Assembly: GCF_004376175.1 (NCBI RefSeq)
Contig: NZ_SNUY01000005.1
Location: forward strand, 75,193-107,192
Length of the DNA: 32,000 nt
Direction of reading: 5' to 3'
Source of the DNA: Halalkalibacterium halodurans
Lineage (GTDB): Bacteria > Bacillota > Bacilli > Bacillales > Bacillaceae_D
Part shown: positions 16,387 through 25,330 of the stretch, piece after piece
Layout of the letters: the number at the start of each line of letters is the position of its first letter
Numbering within the stretch: position 1 is the stretch's first letter
The notes under the pieces: model-generated
Told to the model about the DNA's origin: nothing
Database searches by the model: none
What the model saw: only the letters and a program-made list of their open reading frames with translations
Made by a program: the position numbers and the translations under genes

Positions 16387-17418
16387 TCACACTCCATTGT
16401 TATCTTGCTTTGAAAACCACTTAATCAGAAATGGTAGGCAAAGGAAAAGGGCAAGCACTCGCGCCATCTGTAAGGTCGCTACCATCGCTGGCTCCATTTG
16501 CAAGGCCGTAGCCGTTGAAGCCATTTCCGCTGCTCCAGCCGGGACAATGCTAAGTAAACTCATGTACCATTCTAGTGGTGTCATCCACGTAAATAAACCT
16601 GCCAATCCAAGACTCATAATGAAATATAGCAACAACGTAATGGCGCTAATAAACCCCATTCGCTTCAATTCACCAAAGGTTTCTCGATCAAATCGAGCAC
16701 CAATTACCGCTCCCATCACTCCTTGAGCCACACCTTGCACATAGCCCGGAAGAATGATCTGAGGAAACAGTGTGTGGACAAGAAAGCCAAGACCGATCGC
16801 AAAGAAGAGGGATGCTCCTGGGAACGTCACATGCTTGCTCAGAAAAATGGTCAACACAACGACTGCCATTAATGCCCCAAGCGCTAAAAGCGTCTCATCT
16901 AGTGGGAGAAACATTGTACCCAGTCCCGTCCGCCCCGTCACATTTAAGCCAACAAATAGAGGGATGACAAAAACAAAAAATGTAATCCTTGTCGTATGAA
17001 AAGCTGCTACAATCCGTTGATCAGCCCCATAGTCTTTACTGAGCGCAATAACCTCCGAGGCTCCTCCTGGCATGCAGCAAAAGAACGCCGTATTGTGATT
17101 CACGTTTGAGAACCGTTTTAAAAACTTCCCGAGTAAAATCCCGCCGCATAATGTCAAAACAAGAGTAACGACAAAAGGACCGAGCAAGGAGTGGTATTGC
17201 AAAAATTGCTCAGGCCTTAACATGAAGCCGATGTTGCCACCAATCACAGCCAATGTCCATTTAAACAATCGATCAGGTAGCATGATTTTCTTTATCCATA
17301 ATGTACAGACCATTCCTGACAAAAGTGAGCCTAATAGCCATCCTGCAGGCACTTGAAAAGCGGCAAACAGCGCGCCAACCGCTACTGTCACCGCGAGAAA
17401 TACCCCTTTACTGAGCAT
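16387..17418 (-). CDS. AbrB-duplication family membrane protein (misnamed 'putative ammonia monooxygenase'; YhjN-like), function unknown
   Basis: 343-aa polytopic protein with the family's N-terminal QVPAGWLLGSLLSG motif and a second internal copy (PGASLFFAIGLG...), indicating an internal duplication. Confidence 0.75.
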   Translation of the reverse strand: MLSKGVFLAVTVAVGALFAAFQVPAGWLLGSLLSGMVCTLWIKKIMLPDRLFKWTLAVIGGNIGFMLRPEQFLQYHSLLGPFVVTLVLTLCGGILLGKFLKRFSNVNHNTAFFCCMPGGASEVIALSKDYGADQRIVAAFHTTRITFFVFVIPLFVGLNVTGRTGLGTMFLPLDETLLALGALMAVVVLTIFLSKHVTFPGASLFFAIGLGFLVHTLFPQIILPGYVQGVAQGVMGAVIGARFDRETFGELKRMGFISAITLLLYFIMSLGLAGLFTWMTPLEWYMSLLSIVPAGAAEMASTATALQMEPAMVATLQMARVLALFLCLPFLIKWFSKQDNNGV

Positions 17419-17523
17419 CGTATCGCCTTCTTTTGCAAATTCAACCCTTCTATCTTATTATGATGGAAAAACGGCTAATACGAAAATCATCTGACTGAAC
17501 AGATGGAAATCACACCCTTACTT

Positions 17524-18210
17524 TTAACATAAAAAGTAGCGACGTTCAGGGCGGCCCACATCTCCATAATTCACTTCGGCCTTTGCCTTTTTTGTATGGA
17601 TCAAATATTCAAAATAGCGGCGAACCGTTGAACGACTTGCCCCAATGAGCCGGGCACCTTCCATCGCCGTAAGCCCTTGAGTTTCCGCCTCCTCTAACGC
17701 CTTTACCACCTTTTCAAGCGTTAGACGATCAATTCCTTTAGGCAATGGAGTCTCCCCTACCTGGACTTGGACTTGACGCAATTGGTCAAGCTCTTCTTGA
17801 CTGACCTGTCGCCTCTCTCCGAACAACTCCCGCTTTTGTACATACGCGTCTAACCGTTGATGAAGGACTTCTTTTTGGACTGGCTTTAATAAATAATCAA
17901 TAATTCCGCCCCGTAGTGCTTCTTGCACCGTATCCACTTCCTTGGCTGCGGTCACCATCATAATGTCCACACCTCGGAACTTTTCTCGAATCGCCCATAA
18001 CAGTTCAAGACCTTTAACATCAGGGATATAGACATCCAAAAGAATCAAATCAAGAGCAGCAGCCTTTTCGCTCAAATAATCGAGCGCTTCAGCCCCAGTC
18101 CGACACGTAGAGATCACATGAAAATTGGGATGATCGTTCACCATTTGCTCTTGTATTTGAGCGACGCGAAAATCATCTTCTATGATAAGTACTTTGTACG
18201 GTTTCGTCAT
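17524..18210 (-). CDS. Response regulator, CitB/CitT/DctR/MalR family
   Basis: Receiver domain (VLIIEDDF...LILLDVYIPD...K) plus a C-terminal HTH (ARLIGASRSTVRRYFEYL). ATG 18210 overlaps the kinase TGA (ATGA), and AAGGAGG lies 9-10 nt upstream. Confidence 0.9.
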   Translation of the reverse strand: MTKPYKVLIIEDDFRVAQIQEQMVNDHPNFHVISTCRTGAEALDYLSEKAAALDLILLDVYIPDVKGLELLWAIREKFRGVDIMMVTAAKEVDTVQEALRGGIIDYLLKPVQKEVLHQRLDAYVQKRELFGERRQVSQEELDQLRQVQVQVGETPLPKGIDRLTLEKVVKALEEAETQGLTAMEGARLIGASRSTVRRYFEYLIHTKKAKAEVNYGDVGRPERRYFLC

Positions 18211-19832
18211 GATACCCAACCCTCCTTTGCTTCATGTTTTGGGATCGTTAATACGAAACAAGCTCCGCCTAACTCACCTTCCTCTAAGAAAATAGCTCCC
18301 CCCAGCTCGTGAACCGCCTTTTTAACAAGGGCTAGGCCAAACCCGCGATGCGTCCCTTCCTTCGTCGAAAATCCCTCTTCAAAGATCGATTCCATTAATT
18401 GCGGCGGAATGCCCGGTCCGTTATCTTCCACTTCAAAGATAAAATCATCGCCCATGTCTGTGAATGAGATGTAAATCTTTTTATTCTCTATCCCACTTGC
18501 TAACAACGCATCAAATGCATTTTCTAACAGATTACCGATCATCGTAACGAGCAGTTCCTGCTGTCGTTCATGTAGCGGTGTCAATAGTTGGCTGGACGGG
18601 TCAATATCCACATCGATTCCAAGTTCCTGGGCCTGACTAATTTTTCCTAATAGAACAGCGCTTACCGTCGGATCGTTCACACGTTCAATAAAAAAGTGAA
18701 TCCATTCTTGCTGAATTTTTCTTTCTTTATGAATAAAGTCAACGGCCTCATCTATCTTTCCTAGCTGAAGGAAGCCTGAGATCGTGTTCAATTTATTAGA
18801 AAACTCATGAGTTTGCGCTCGTAAAGCGTCGGCATAATTTTTCACGTTCGTTAACTCTTCTGAAAGCTTTTTTATTTCATTTCGATCGCGAAACGTAGCA
18901 ACCGCTCCGACAATCTCATGATCGTAGTAAATCGGCACCCGATTGACAACGGCCTGCTTATCCCCAATGCGAAGTTCCTGATCATACTGGCCCTTTCCTA
19001 CTTGAAGCACTTCAGGCAAGCGCGTATGTTTGACAAGATCGGTTACGTGCCGGCCTAATACATCCTCCTTGTCAAGTCCCGGGTCTACATACTTCATAGC
19101 AGCCTGATTAAACAACGTGACCTTCCCTTCTTTATTGACTGCGATAACCCCTTCATGAATCGACTGTAGGATCGCCTCTTTTTGTTGAAATTGCTGACCA
19201 ATCTCCTCTGGTTCTAGCCCTAATGTCGCTTTTTTCACCGTGTTTGCTACGAGCCATGTACCCATTAGACCGAGAATCATGATAACAACGACAATTTGCC
19301 ACATGGCGATTAACCGTTCCCCGATCACTTGCTGAATATCCTCCATTAAAAATCCAACTGAAACAATCCCGATGATTTTTCCATTGTCATCAAAGACCGG
19401 TACCTTGCCGCGAATCGATGGACCGAGCGACCCAACAGCTTTTGATACGTATGATTCCCCGTGTACAAGTGCCCGTTCATTATCACCGCCCACCATCCGC
19501 TGACCGATCCGTTCAGGAAGAGGATGGGCATAGCGGATCAAGTCCGTATTCCCAACAACAATAAACTCAGCCCCTGTTTCGACCCGAATACTCTCAGCAA
19601 TCGGTTGGATGATTTCGTCTGGCCGTTCCGCTGAAAAAGCCTCGCGAAGTTCCGGGATGAGGGCGACCGCCTGTGCCACACTTAGCGCTCGCTCCCCCAT
19701 TTGTTCCTCGAGTGTGCGAGCATATTGCTCATTTAAGAAAACCCCGAGCAACACAAACATGGCAATGATTAATAAAGCGATAAAGCCCATCATTTTTGCG
19801 GAAAATGTAAGTGGAAAGAGTCGTCGTTTCAT
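18207..19832 (-). CDS. Sensor histidine kinase, CitA/DcuS/DctS family
   Basis: Two TM segments flank a periplasmic sensor domain. These are followed by a PAS-like segment, H-box THEFSNKLNTISGFLQLG, and HATPase N/G boxes (NLLENAFDA, DNGPGI, GFGLALV). Start is ATG 19832 (MKRRLFPL), with AGGAG 8 nt upstream. Confidence 0.9.
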   Translation of the reverse strand: MKRRLFPLTFSAKMMGFIALLIIAMFVLLGVFLNEQYARTLEEQMGERALSVAQAVALIPELREAFSAERPDEIIQPIAESIRVETGAEFIVVGNTDLIRYAHPLPERIGQRMVGGDNERALVHGESYVSKAVGSLGPSIRGKVPVFDDNGKIIGIVSVGFLMEDIQQVIGERLIAMWQIVVVIMILGLMGTWLVANTVKKATLGLEPEEIGQQFQQKEAILQSIHEGVIAVNKEGKVTLFNQAAMKYVDPGLDKEDVLGRHVTDLVKHTRLPEVLQVGKGQYDQELRIGDKQAVVNRVPIYYDHEIVGAVATFRDRNEIKKLSEELTNVKNYADALRAQTHEFSNKLNTISGFLQLGKIDEAVDFIHKERKIQQEWIHFFIERVNDPTVSAVLLGKISQAQELGIDVDIDPSSQLLTPLHERQQELLVTMIGNLLENAFDALLASGIENKKIYISFTDMGDDFIFEVEDNGPGIPPQLMESIFEEGFSTKEGTHRGFGLALVKKAVHELGGAIFLEEGELGGACFVLTIPKHEAKEGWVS

Positions 19833-19975
19833 GGCCCGCTCTCCTGCTCTCTTAAAGTAATAAACGCTTTCATTTGTTAATGATAGCGAATTCTCGGTCA
19901 CTTTTCACGGATGGGATGAAAACGGTCACAGCATCCACCCATAATTACCCATATATAGAATCAGTTTATTTGAAA

Positions 19976-20027
19976 TTTTATCATTCTTTTCTATCATTTT
20001 TCGAAAATTCTTAGTAAAATGATAAAA
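19976..20027. repeat. Inverted repeat TTTTATCATT / AATGATAAAA plus an extra direct TATCATT copy, in the divergent promoter region
   Basis: 19976-19985 is the reverse complement of 20018-20027. TATCATT recurs at 19992-19998. Confidence 0.5.
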
Positions 20028-20078
20028 AAGCGTCAAGTGCCCACTAAACATCACGGTTTATCGAAAAACTGGCACAGT

Positions 20079-20099
20079 GGCAAGCCAAAGAGGCTTGCC
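20079..20099 (+). promoter_or_regulatory. 8-bp GC-rich hairpin in the leader of the sensor operon
   Basis: GGCAAGCC-aaaga-GGCTTGCC followed by GTTTAAAAG, 55 nt upstream of the TTG start. The U-run is too short for a clear terminator. Confidence 0.3.
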
Positions 20100-20153
20100 G
20101 TTTAAAAGCATACACTAGCATCGATAACAGATACATGAAAGGGGGAGGTTCTG

Positions 20154-21152
20154 TTGAAGCGCCACCTTTTTTTTGTGGTTGGTTTTATGATTTGTATTAG
20201 TGCTCTCGCAACGTCTATTTATTCGTTCGTCCAAGTCACTAGAGTGGAGACGAATGTCCCTTCATCCACATCTATTTCGCTTCCCTCCTCTCATTTTGTA
20301 TTAATCGCAGAGGAAGAAAACAATTCTTATTGGCGCCTCGTTGAAAAGGGAGCACGAGAAGCAGAAAATCAGTTTGACGTCCTTGTAGAATATAAAGCAC
20401 CGAAGCGCTCCAATCCGGAAGAACAATTAAAACTAATTGACATGGCAATTTCAGCAAAAGTGGACGGGATCATCGTGCAAGCTGTAAACGAAGAAATGTT
20501 TACACCGCTCATCAATAAGGCGGTAGACGCTGGCATCCCGGTTATTACAATTGATACCGATGCACCTCGAAGCAATCGTGTCGCATACATCGGCACCGAT
20601 AACTACTATTCTGGGACGATTGCCGGTAAGGCGATGCTAGACGACATGGAAGGTGACATTCACGTCGCTGTCATCACAGGTAGTCTAGAATCTTCCCATC
20701 AAAAGCTGCGCGTCCAAGGATTTATCGATATGATTTCAAATGAGCCCCGCGTGACGCTTGTTGAGGTGGAAGCATCCAACATTTCTCGTTTAGAAGCGGA
20801 ACTAAAAGCGCATCAACTAATGGAGGAGCATCCACACATTAATGCATTTTACGGAACGAGTGCCCTCGACGGTATCGGGATTGTGGCAGCAGCCGAAAAA
20901 CTGGGCCTAGACGACTTGTATGTGATTGCGTTCGATACGTTACCAGAAAACCTATCGTTACTAGAGCAAGAAAAAATCGATGCTATTGTCGTACAGGAGC
21001 CTTTCGAAATGGGATTGAAAAGCGTCGAGCTCCTTTTGGATATTCGTGAAGGTCAACCCTATTCAATGACAAACCATACGCACACATCGATCATTCGGAA
21101 ACCAGATCTTTCTTTACTTCAAGAACATCAACGGTTAGGTGATAAACAATGA
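20154..21152 (+). CDS. Membrane-anchored periplasmic-binding-protein type I (RbsB/LacI-fold) sugar sensor
   Basis: N-terminal TM helix, then VDGIIVQAVN, AGIPVITIDTD, AYIGTDNY and IDAIVVQEPFEMG, typical of monosaccharide-binding PBPs. TTG start follows GGGGGAGG. The stop overlaps the kinase start (ATGA). Confidence 0.85.
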   Translation: MKRHLFFVVGFMICISALATSIYSFVQVTRVETNVPSSTSISLPSSHFVLIAEEENNSYWRLVEKGAREAENQFDVLVEYKAPKRSNPEEQLKLIDMAISAKVDGIIVQAVNEEMFTPLINKAVDAGIPVITIDTDAPRSNRVAYIGTDNYYSGTIAGKAMLDDMEGDIHVAVITGSLESSHQKLRVQGFIDMISNEPRVTLVEVEASNISRLEAELKAHQLMEEHPHINAFYGTSALDGIGIVAAAEKLGLDDLYVIAFDTLPENLSLLEQEKIDAIVVQEPFEMGLKSVELLLDIREGQPYSMTNHTHTSIIRKPDLSLLQEHQRLGDKQ

Positions 21153-22594
21153 TCCGAATTCGCACAAAACTGTTAGCCTACTTTCTCGTCTTACTCGTTA
21201 TTTTGATAGCGGTTTCATACTTTTTGTACGCAAGCAATCAACGAACACTCTACCAGTATAATGAAAGTTTTGAACGTTTTTTAGTATTAAATGACATTTC
21301 GCAAACGACCAACCAAATTTATGAAACCTTAAACCAATATGTCACGGAAGAAACACCAGACTTATTCGAAGAGTACAGCGAACAACGCAGCAAGCTGATT
21401 ACCATTCAACAGCAAATAGAGAAGCTTATTCGCAATGAACGCAATGCCGTCCATTTAAAGAACTATGACCATATGGTGACGAGCTTTTTAGAAAAAACCG
21501 AGCAAGCGGCCGAAGGATTTGACGAGCAACGGATCGATGCCTACCCGTTCTATTTGGATGAATCCCAGCAAATTGCCCAATATATTCGGGAAATGACCTT
21601 AACGCTGATCGATGATGAACTGACGAACTACCAACAGTTTTATAACAGCATGCTGCAAAAGCATTCGTACACGACACAGCTCGCGATTTCGATCTTCGTA
21701 TCCATCCTTGTGTTAAGTTCTTTTTTTGCCATCTGGCTTTCGGACGGGATTACTAAACCGATTTCTCGGCTGACGAATGCAGCATATGAAATTTCTAGCG
21801 GCCAGCTGGACGGCAAAGATGTGAAGGTTTCCTCCAATGATGAACTGGCCTTTTTAACGGAAACCTTTAACGACATGAGACAGAACATTTCCGGACTCGT
21901 AAAAGAAATGGAGGAAACGTCCCGCTTAAACCAATTGTTAAAGGAGATGGAATTGCGGAGCTTACAAAGTCAAATTAACCCTCATTTCCTGTTTAATACG
22001 CTGAATGTGATTTTGAAAATGTCTTATATCGAGCAGGCGGAGAAAACGGGAAAATTAATTGCTTCCGTCTCCTCCTTGTTGCGCTACAATTTAGGCTCGC
22101 TTGATCGTACGACAACGGTCGCCGACGAAGCCAACATGCTTCAAGAATACTTTCATATTCTTAAGGCCCGTTTCGGAGATTGGATTTCCCTGTCCTTGAA
22201 CGTGGATGATGAGGCTCGGCCTTACCTCATCCCGTGCTTGACGCTGCAACCTCTCGTAGAGAACGCCTTTATTCATGGGGTTGAACAGATGGAATCAGGA
22301 GCAGCCATTGACGTAACGATTCAAAAGGTGGGAGACTCTCTAACCATTTCAATTTCCGACAATGGAGCAGGAATGGACGAAGCGACGAGGAAAGAGTTGT
22401 TATCATCAAAAGAAGAAGACCAGACCGAGAAGCGAGCAAGTGGAGGTCACTCCACAGGAATCGGCATGAGAAATGTCATGAGACGACTGGAGATTTTTTA
22501 TCAGAAAACGGAGTTACTGACGATTGAATCTAGCTTAGGAGAAGGAACAACCGTCTCCTTGCTGCTTCCAACAAAGGAGGTTTGCGATGATTAA
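21149..22594 (+). CDS. Sensor histidine kinase, YesM/LytS-type (HAMP plus His_kinase plus HATPase_c)
   Basis: Two TM segments, a HAMP region (ITKPISRLTNAAYEISSGQLD), the hallmark LQSQINPHFLFNTLN box, and an ATPase domain (LVENAFIHG, DNGAGM, GIGMRNV). Confidence 0.9.
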   Translation: MIRIRTKLLAYFLVLLVILIAVSYFLYASNQRTLYQYNESFERFLVLNDISQTTNQIYETLNQYVTEETPDLFEEYSEQRSKLITIQQQIEKLIRNERNAVHLKNYDHMVTSFLEKTEQAAEGFDEQRIDAYPFYLDESQQIAQYIREMTLTLIDDELTNYQQFYNSMLQKHSYTTQLAISIFVSILVLSSFFAIWLSDGITKPISRLTNAAYEISSGQLDGKDVKVSSNDELAFLTETFNDMRQNISGLVKEMEETSRLNQLLKEMELRSLQSQINPHFLFNTLNVILKMSYIEQAEKTGKLIASVSSLLRYNLGSLDRTTTVADEANMLQEYFHILKARFGDWISLSLNVDDEARPYLIPCLTLQPLVENAFIHGVEQMESGAAIDVTIQKVGDSLTISISDNGAGMDEATRKELLSSKEEDQTEKRASGGHSTGIGMRNVMRRLEIFYQKTELLTIESSLGEGTTVSLLLPTKEVCDD

Positions 22595-24179
22595 CGTACT
22601 CATTGTCGACGATGAACAAATCGAACGAGAAGGCTTGAAGCTTTTTTTAAAAGACCGACCCAACATACACATCGTCGGTGAAGCGAGCAATGGCCGCCAA
22701 GCGATCGAAAAAGCGCTCGAAACCCAGCCTGACCTAATGATGATGGATATTAAAATGCCGGGAGTGGACGGTGTCCAAGCAGTAAAAGAAATTAAACAAC
22801 AGTTACCTGAAACCGAGTTTATTATGGTTTCGGCCTTTGATACGTTTGAATACGCTCGTGAAGTGATGCGATATGGAGTAAAAGAGTATTTATTAAAGCC
22901 GACAACGAAGGAAGATGTTCTTACAGCCCTTGACCGGATCGTGGGTGAAATTGAACAAGCTCGTGAGGAAAAAAACGACCAGTACAAGTTACAACAACGG
23001 TTAGAGCAGATCTCTTCCTTTGTGCAAACCGAATCGATTCTTTATTTACTAATGGACCATATCCAAGACTATGAATGGATGGAATGGAATGAGTGGCTAC
23101 GAACAGAGCAGGAAGGTTATGCCGTCGTCTTCTCTTTCCATCAACAAGGAAAAGAGATTCGCAAAACGGAAAAACAGCAATGGCATGCACGGATAAAAAA
23201 AGAGATCGGGTTACAGTTGCCAAAATCGACGGTTGGTCCGTTTATCGGCCATCATTTACCGATTTTAATGCTCACAGAAAACGAAAATGGTATGACGAAA
23301 CAAGAACGCGAACAAGTGGTGATCCAGCTTTTACATAAGGTGAAACAGGCCGTACAACCTGCAAAAGTAAAGACAGGGGTTGGCGGAATTTACCCATTAC
23401 ACTCTTTTTCTACTTCCTATCGCGAGGCTCTTCTTGCCCTTGATATTATTTATGATCACAAGCAAGCATCGTACTATTTTTATGATAAAAATGTTAAAAT
23501 TAGGGCAGACGAACAACTTCCCATTGAACGGGAAAACAAGCTCATTGAAGCCATTAAAAGTGGGGACGGAGAAAAAGCCCTTCAAGCATTCGACCACTAC
23601 GTCCAAGCAATCTTGCGTTGTTCTAAGCACCCGCTGCATGACATGCGTAAACACTTGCAGCAGCTCTTTATTATACTCGGTCGCCTGTTGAACGAGATGG
23701 GGCTTCACTGGGAGACGGCACAGGATTTCGCTCGTTTCTCCACGGTGCATCAAGTAACCGAACACGGCAAAAGCGAAATTCTCCACATCGTTCGTACACT
23801 GCAAGAATGGCGGACAACCGATGCGCAGTCGCTGATGCTCCTTGCCCGTGACTATGTGCACGATCATTTTCGTGAACCGCTCACCCTCGATGACTTAGCG
23901 AAGCACATTGGACTTAGCCCTTACTATGTAAGCAAGCTTTTTAAAGAGCGGTTTGACTTGACGTTTTCCGAGTATGTGACACAGTTGCGCGTGGAGCATG
24001 CGAAGCAGCTGCTGTCGTTGACCCAAAAGAGCTTAAAAGAAATAACGTATGAGATTGGCTACAAGGACCCGAATTATTTTAGCCGAGTGTTTAAAAAATT
24101 AACTGGCAAAAGTCCGAGCGACTATCGAAAATCGATAAATGGTCTCGGCCCAAGGGAGGATACACTAAATGGGGAATAA
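22587..24179 (+). CDS. Response regulator with AraC-type HTH output (YesN-like)
   Basis: CheY-like receiver (VLIVDDE...DLMMMDIKMPGVDG...K) and a C-terminal AraC/XylS HTH (LDDLAKHIGLSPYYVSKLFK...GYKDPNYFSRVFKK.TG.SP.DYR). AAGGAGG RBS. An 8-nt overlap with the kinase gene. Confidence 0.9.
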   Translation: MINVLIVDDEQIEREGLKLFLKDRPNIHIVGEASNGRQAIEKALETQPDLMMMDIKMPGVDGVQAVKEIKQQLPETEFIMVSAFDTFEYAREVMRYGVKEYLLKPTTKEDVLTALDRIVGEIEQAREEKNDQYKLQQRLEQISSFVQTESILYLLMDHIQDYEWMEWNEWLRTEQEGYAVVFSFHQQGKEIRKTEKQQWHARIKKEIGLQLPKSTVGPFIGHHLPILMLTENENGMTKQEREQVVIQLLHKVKQAVQPAKVKTGVGGIYPLHSFSTSYREALLALDIIYDHKQASYYFYDKNVKIRADEQLPIERENKLIEAIKSGDGEKALQAFDHYVQAILRCSKHPLHDMRKHLQQLFIILGRLLNEMGLHWETAQDFARFSTVHQVTEHGKSEILHIVRTLQEWRTTDAQSLMLLARDYVHDHFREPLTLDDLAKHIGLSPYYVSKLFKERFDLTFSEYVTQLRVEHAKQLLSLTQKSLKEITYEIGYKDPNYFSRVFKKLTGKSPSDYRKSINGLGPREDTLNGE

Positions 24180-25173
24180 CGTACGATGGGGCATTTTAGG
24201 AACGGCTGGAATTGCGAAAAAACAACTGATCCCAGCCATCAAGCGAGCGTCTAATGCTGAAGTGGTAGCGGTCAGCTCTCGAAATGATATGGAAAAGGCC
24301 AATTGCTATGCCGACGAATGTGACATTCCAAAGCGATATGCTCGTTATGAAGACTTGCTTAACGATCCTGACATTGATGCTGTCTATATCCCACTGCCGA
24401 ACCATTTGCACCTCACATGGGCGAAAAAAGCGGCTGAACACGGAAAACACGTGTTATGTGAAAAGCCTGCTGCACTCACAGCAGCTGAGGCAAAAGAAAT
24501 GGTGGACGCTTGCGCAGCACACGGCGTCGTCTTTATGGAAGCGTTCATGTATCAATTCCATCCGCAGCATGGAGAAGTGAAACGTCTAATTGACAGCGGA
24601 AAAATTGGCGAGGTTCGTCTCATCCGCTCAAACTTTTCCTTCCAACTGCCATTAGAAGCAAACAACATTCGCCTTAATCGAGAAATGGGCGGTGGCAGCC
24701 TTTACGATGTCGGTTGCTATTGCATTCACTTAACCCGTTACCTTACAGGGAAAGAACCTGTCCATGCGTACGGCACAGGCTATCTTCATCCCGAGCTTGG
24801 CGTCGACACATCGTTCACCGGTGTTTTACAAATGGAGGGCGGCGTAACATCTGTCTTCACCTCAAGCTTTGAGCAACCTGCCGACGACTCGTATGAAGTG
24901 GTTGGCACAGAAGGCACGATAATCGTTCCATATGCGTTCCGTCCTGACAAGCACCAAGACGGAACTGGAGTCATTATCGTCCGTACAAGCGATGGCCGTG
25001 AGGAAACATTGTCCGTTCAGGGAGACCAGTACCGGCTACAAGTGGAACACGTCTCCGATGCCATTTTAAACGGAACCCCGCTCCTCTACCCTGGGGAAGA
25101 AACGGTCAACAATATGAGTGTGGTTGAGGCTTGCCTTCACTCCTTGCAAGAAAAACACGCACGTGTAAAGTAG
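24169..25173 (+). CDS. Gfo/Idh/MocA family NAD(P)-dependent oxidoreductase
   Basis: Rossmann start VRWGILGTAGIA and the EKP motif (HVLCEKPAA). GGGAGG lies 9 nt upstream. An 11-nt overlap with the response-regulator gene. Confidence 0.88.
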   Translation: MGNNVRWGILGTAGIAKKQLIPAIKRASNAEVVAVSSRNDMEKANCYADECDIPKRYARYEDLLNDPDIDAVYIPLPNHLHLTWAKKAAEHGKHVLCEKPAALTAAEAKEMVDACAAHGVVFMEAFMYQFHPQHGEVKRLIDSGKIGEVRLIRSNFSFQLPLEANNIRLNREMGGGSLYDVGCYCIHLTRYLTGKEPVHAYGTGYLHPELGVDTSFTGVLQMEGGVTSVFTSSFEQPADDSYEVVGTEGTIIVPYAFRPDKHQDGTGVIIVRTSDGREETLSVQGDQYRLQVEHVSDAILNGTPLLYPGEETVNNMSVVEACLHSLQEKHARVK

Positions 25174-25176
25174 AAC

Positions 25177-25215
25177 AAAAACCGGCTAACAGCGTCTATG
25201 TTGGCCGGTTTGTTC
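25177..25215. terminator. Bidirectional terminator
   Basis: AAAAACCGGC-(17 nt)-GCCGGTTTGTT. A-rich and T-rich flanks allow it to function on both strands. Confidence 0.6.
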
Positions 25216-25330
25216 TGCTCGTTTTGATTGAAATCTATAACTCTCGTATCGACCTCTATATTATTGGTATTCACCCTAAAATATCGAAATTGTCATTCAA
25301 AGAAGATACTATTGTTTTGAATTCGTCCAT

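Noticed and set aside
22535-23867. Antisense or alternate-frame ORFs inside the YesN-like regulator gene (22535-22987, 22921-23223, 23093-23338, 23380-23691, 23397-23867)
   Set aside because: All are nested in a well-supported receiver plus AraC CDS. They have no RBSs and their sequences are low-complexity.
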